Origin: Gammaproteobacteria bacterium
Lineage (GTDB): Bacteria; Pseudomonadota; Gammaproteobacteria; Eutrophobiales; Eutrophobiaceae
DNA: 64,000 nt
Direction: 5' to 3'
Assembly (NCBI GenBank): GCA_016179185.1
Contig: JACORW010000080.1
Span: forward strand, 18,629 to 82,628
Shown here: positions 63,502-64,000 of the stretch, one piece after another
How positions within the stretch are numbered: the stretch's first letter is position 1
Layout: every line of letters starts with the position of its first letter
Program-made: the position numbers and the translations under genes
The notes under the pieces: generated by a model
Told to the model about the DNA's origin: nothing
What the model saw: only the letters and a program-made list of their open reading frames with translations
The model's database searches: none

Positions 63502-63873
63502 ATGTCCGACCTCGTCTGCTGGAAATGCGGCGCTCCGTTCGGAGACATCCCGCTGCCGTTGTCGCGGTTCGCGGAGTGCAAGACCTGCCATGCGCCGCTG
63601 CATGTTTGCCGCCAGTGCGAGTTCTACGACACCGGCGTGGCGAAACACTGCCGCGAACCCGTTGCCGAGGAAGTGAAGGACAAAGCCCGCGCCAACTTCT
63701 GCGACTACCTGCGCCCGCGGCCCGGCGCATTTCAGGCAGATGACGGGTTGGCCGCGGTCAAGGCGCGATCAGAGCTTGAATCCCTGTTCGGCATGGTGCC
63801 TGGAACAGCGCCGCAATCGCCGACTAATGCAGATAAGGCCCGTGAGGAGTTGGAGCGGTTGTTCAAGAAATAA
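63502..63873 (+). CDS. Cys-rich zinc-ribbon-like protein of unknown function
   Basis: 123 aa. 'CWKCG...CKTCH...CRQCEFY...HCRE...FCDY' then a helical acidic/basic tail. Bracketed by heptamer arrays on both sides. Confidence 0.6.
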   Translation: MSDLVCWKCGAPFGDIPLPLSRFAECKTCHAPLHVCRQCEFYDTGVAKHCREPVAEEVKDKARANFCDYLRPRPGAFQADDGLAAVKARSELESLFGMVPGTAPQSPTNADKAREELERLFKK

Positions 63874-64000
63874 GTGGCTGGTGGCTGGTGACTAGTGGCT
63901 GGAAAAGCCTGACAACGATCAGCCTTGACAGTATTTTCGGCAGTGCAAAGACTCCTTGGCCCACCAGCCACCAGCCACCAGCCACCAGCCACCAGCCACC
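63874..64000. repeat. Inverted heptanucleotide-repeat element 3 (truncated by the window end): (GTGGCTG-type)x4 - ~57-nt spacer - (CCAGCCA)n
   Basis: Read directly. It starts at the base after the stop at 63873. The spacer contains TTGACA (63925..63930). The right arm runs off the window. Confidence 0.85.

Overview
GC-rich (by eye about two-thirds G+C) proteobacterial chromosomal segment. I see no rRNA, tRNA or CRISPR. I support about 55 CDS plus several repeat and regulatory elements. Many long ORFs in the six-frame track are antisense shadows or N-terminal over-extensions, so I trimmed starts where a signal peptide, RBS or family N-terminus gave a reason. Layout: (i) 0.2-0.9 kb holds a small DUF6883/DUF4926-like two-gene module. 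(ii) 0.9-34.4 kb is an accessory-looking catabolic island. It encodes a Tat-exported molybdenum hydroxylase, three diverged UbiD-family decarboxylases with a single UbiX, and three TonB-dependent receptors. It also has aldehyde dehydrogenase + TTQ-type amine dehydrogenase heavy/light chains + a GntR regulator, two Rieske oxygenases flanking a CoA ligase, a Tat-exported FAD oxidase, a NicX/M29-like protein, a serine hydrolase and an MFS transporter. The island is interrupted by a DUF4160/DUF2442 cassette with gene remnants and carries one copy of a MITE-like repeat, with a second copy at its right edge (34.4 kb). (iii) 34.6-43.1 kb holds an EamA transporter, etfBA, gabD-gabT-ureohydrolase and an acyl-CoA ligase. 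(iv) 43.1-48.6 kb holds polytopic spermidine-synthase-like and YfhO-like membrane proteins and an FkbM methyltransferase. (v) 47.8-62.2 kb on the minus strand (its last gene is the FkbM methyltransferase of iv) is the item I think most likely to be new. It is a tightly coupled 13-gene envelope cluster around a MotA/ExbB-type channel. Partners are two ExbD-like-anchor/coiled-coil/VWA fusion proteins, a degenerate Hsp70-fold protein, a 5xPEGA+FGE-sulfatase protein, TPR proteins, lipoproteins and a TonB_C-like protein. (vi) 62.5-64 kb holds a phbB-like reductase and a Cys-rich zinc-ribbon gene. Each is followed by an unusual inverted array of heptanucleotide repeats, and a third copy follows gabD. 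All family calls rest on motifs read by eye and on recalled family sequences. No searches were run.
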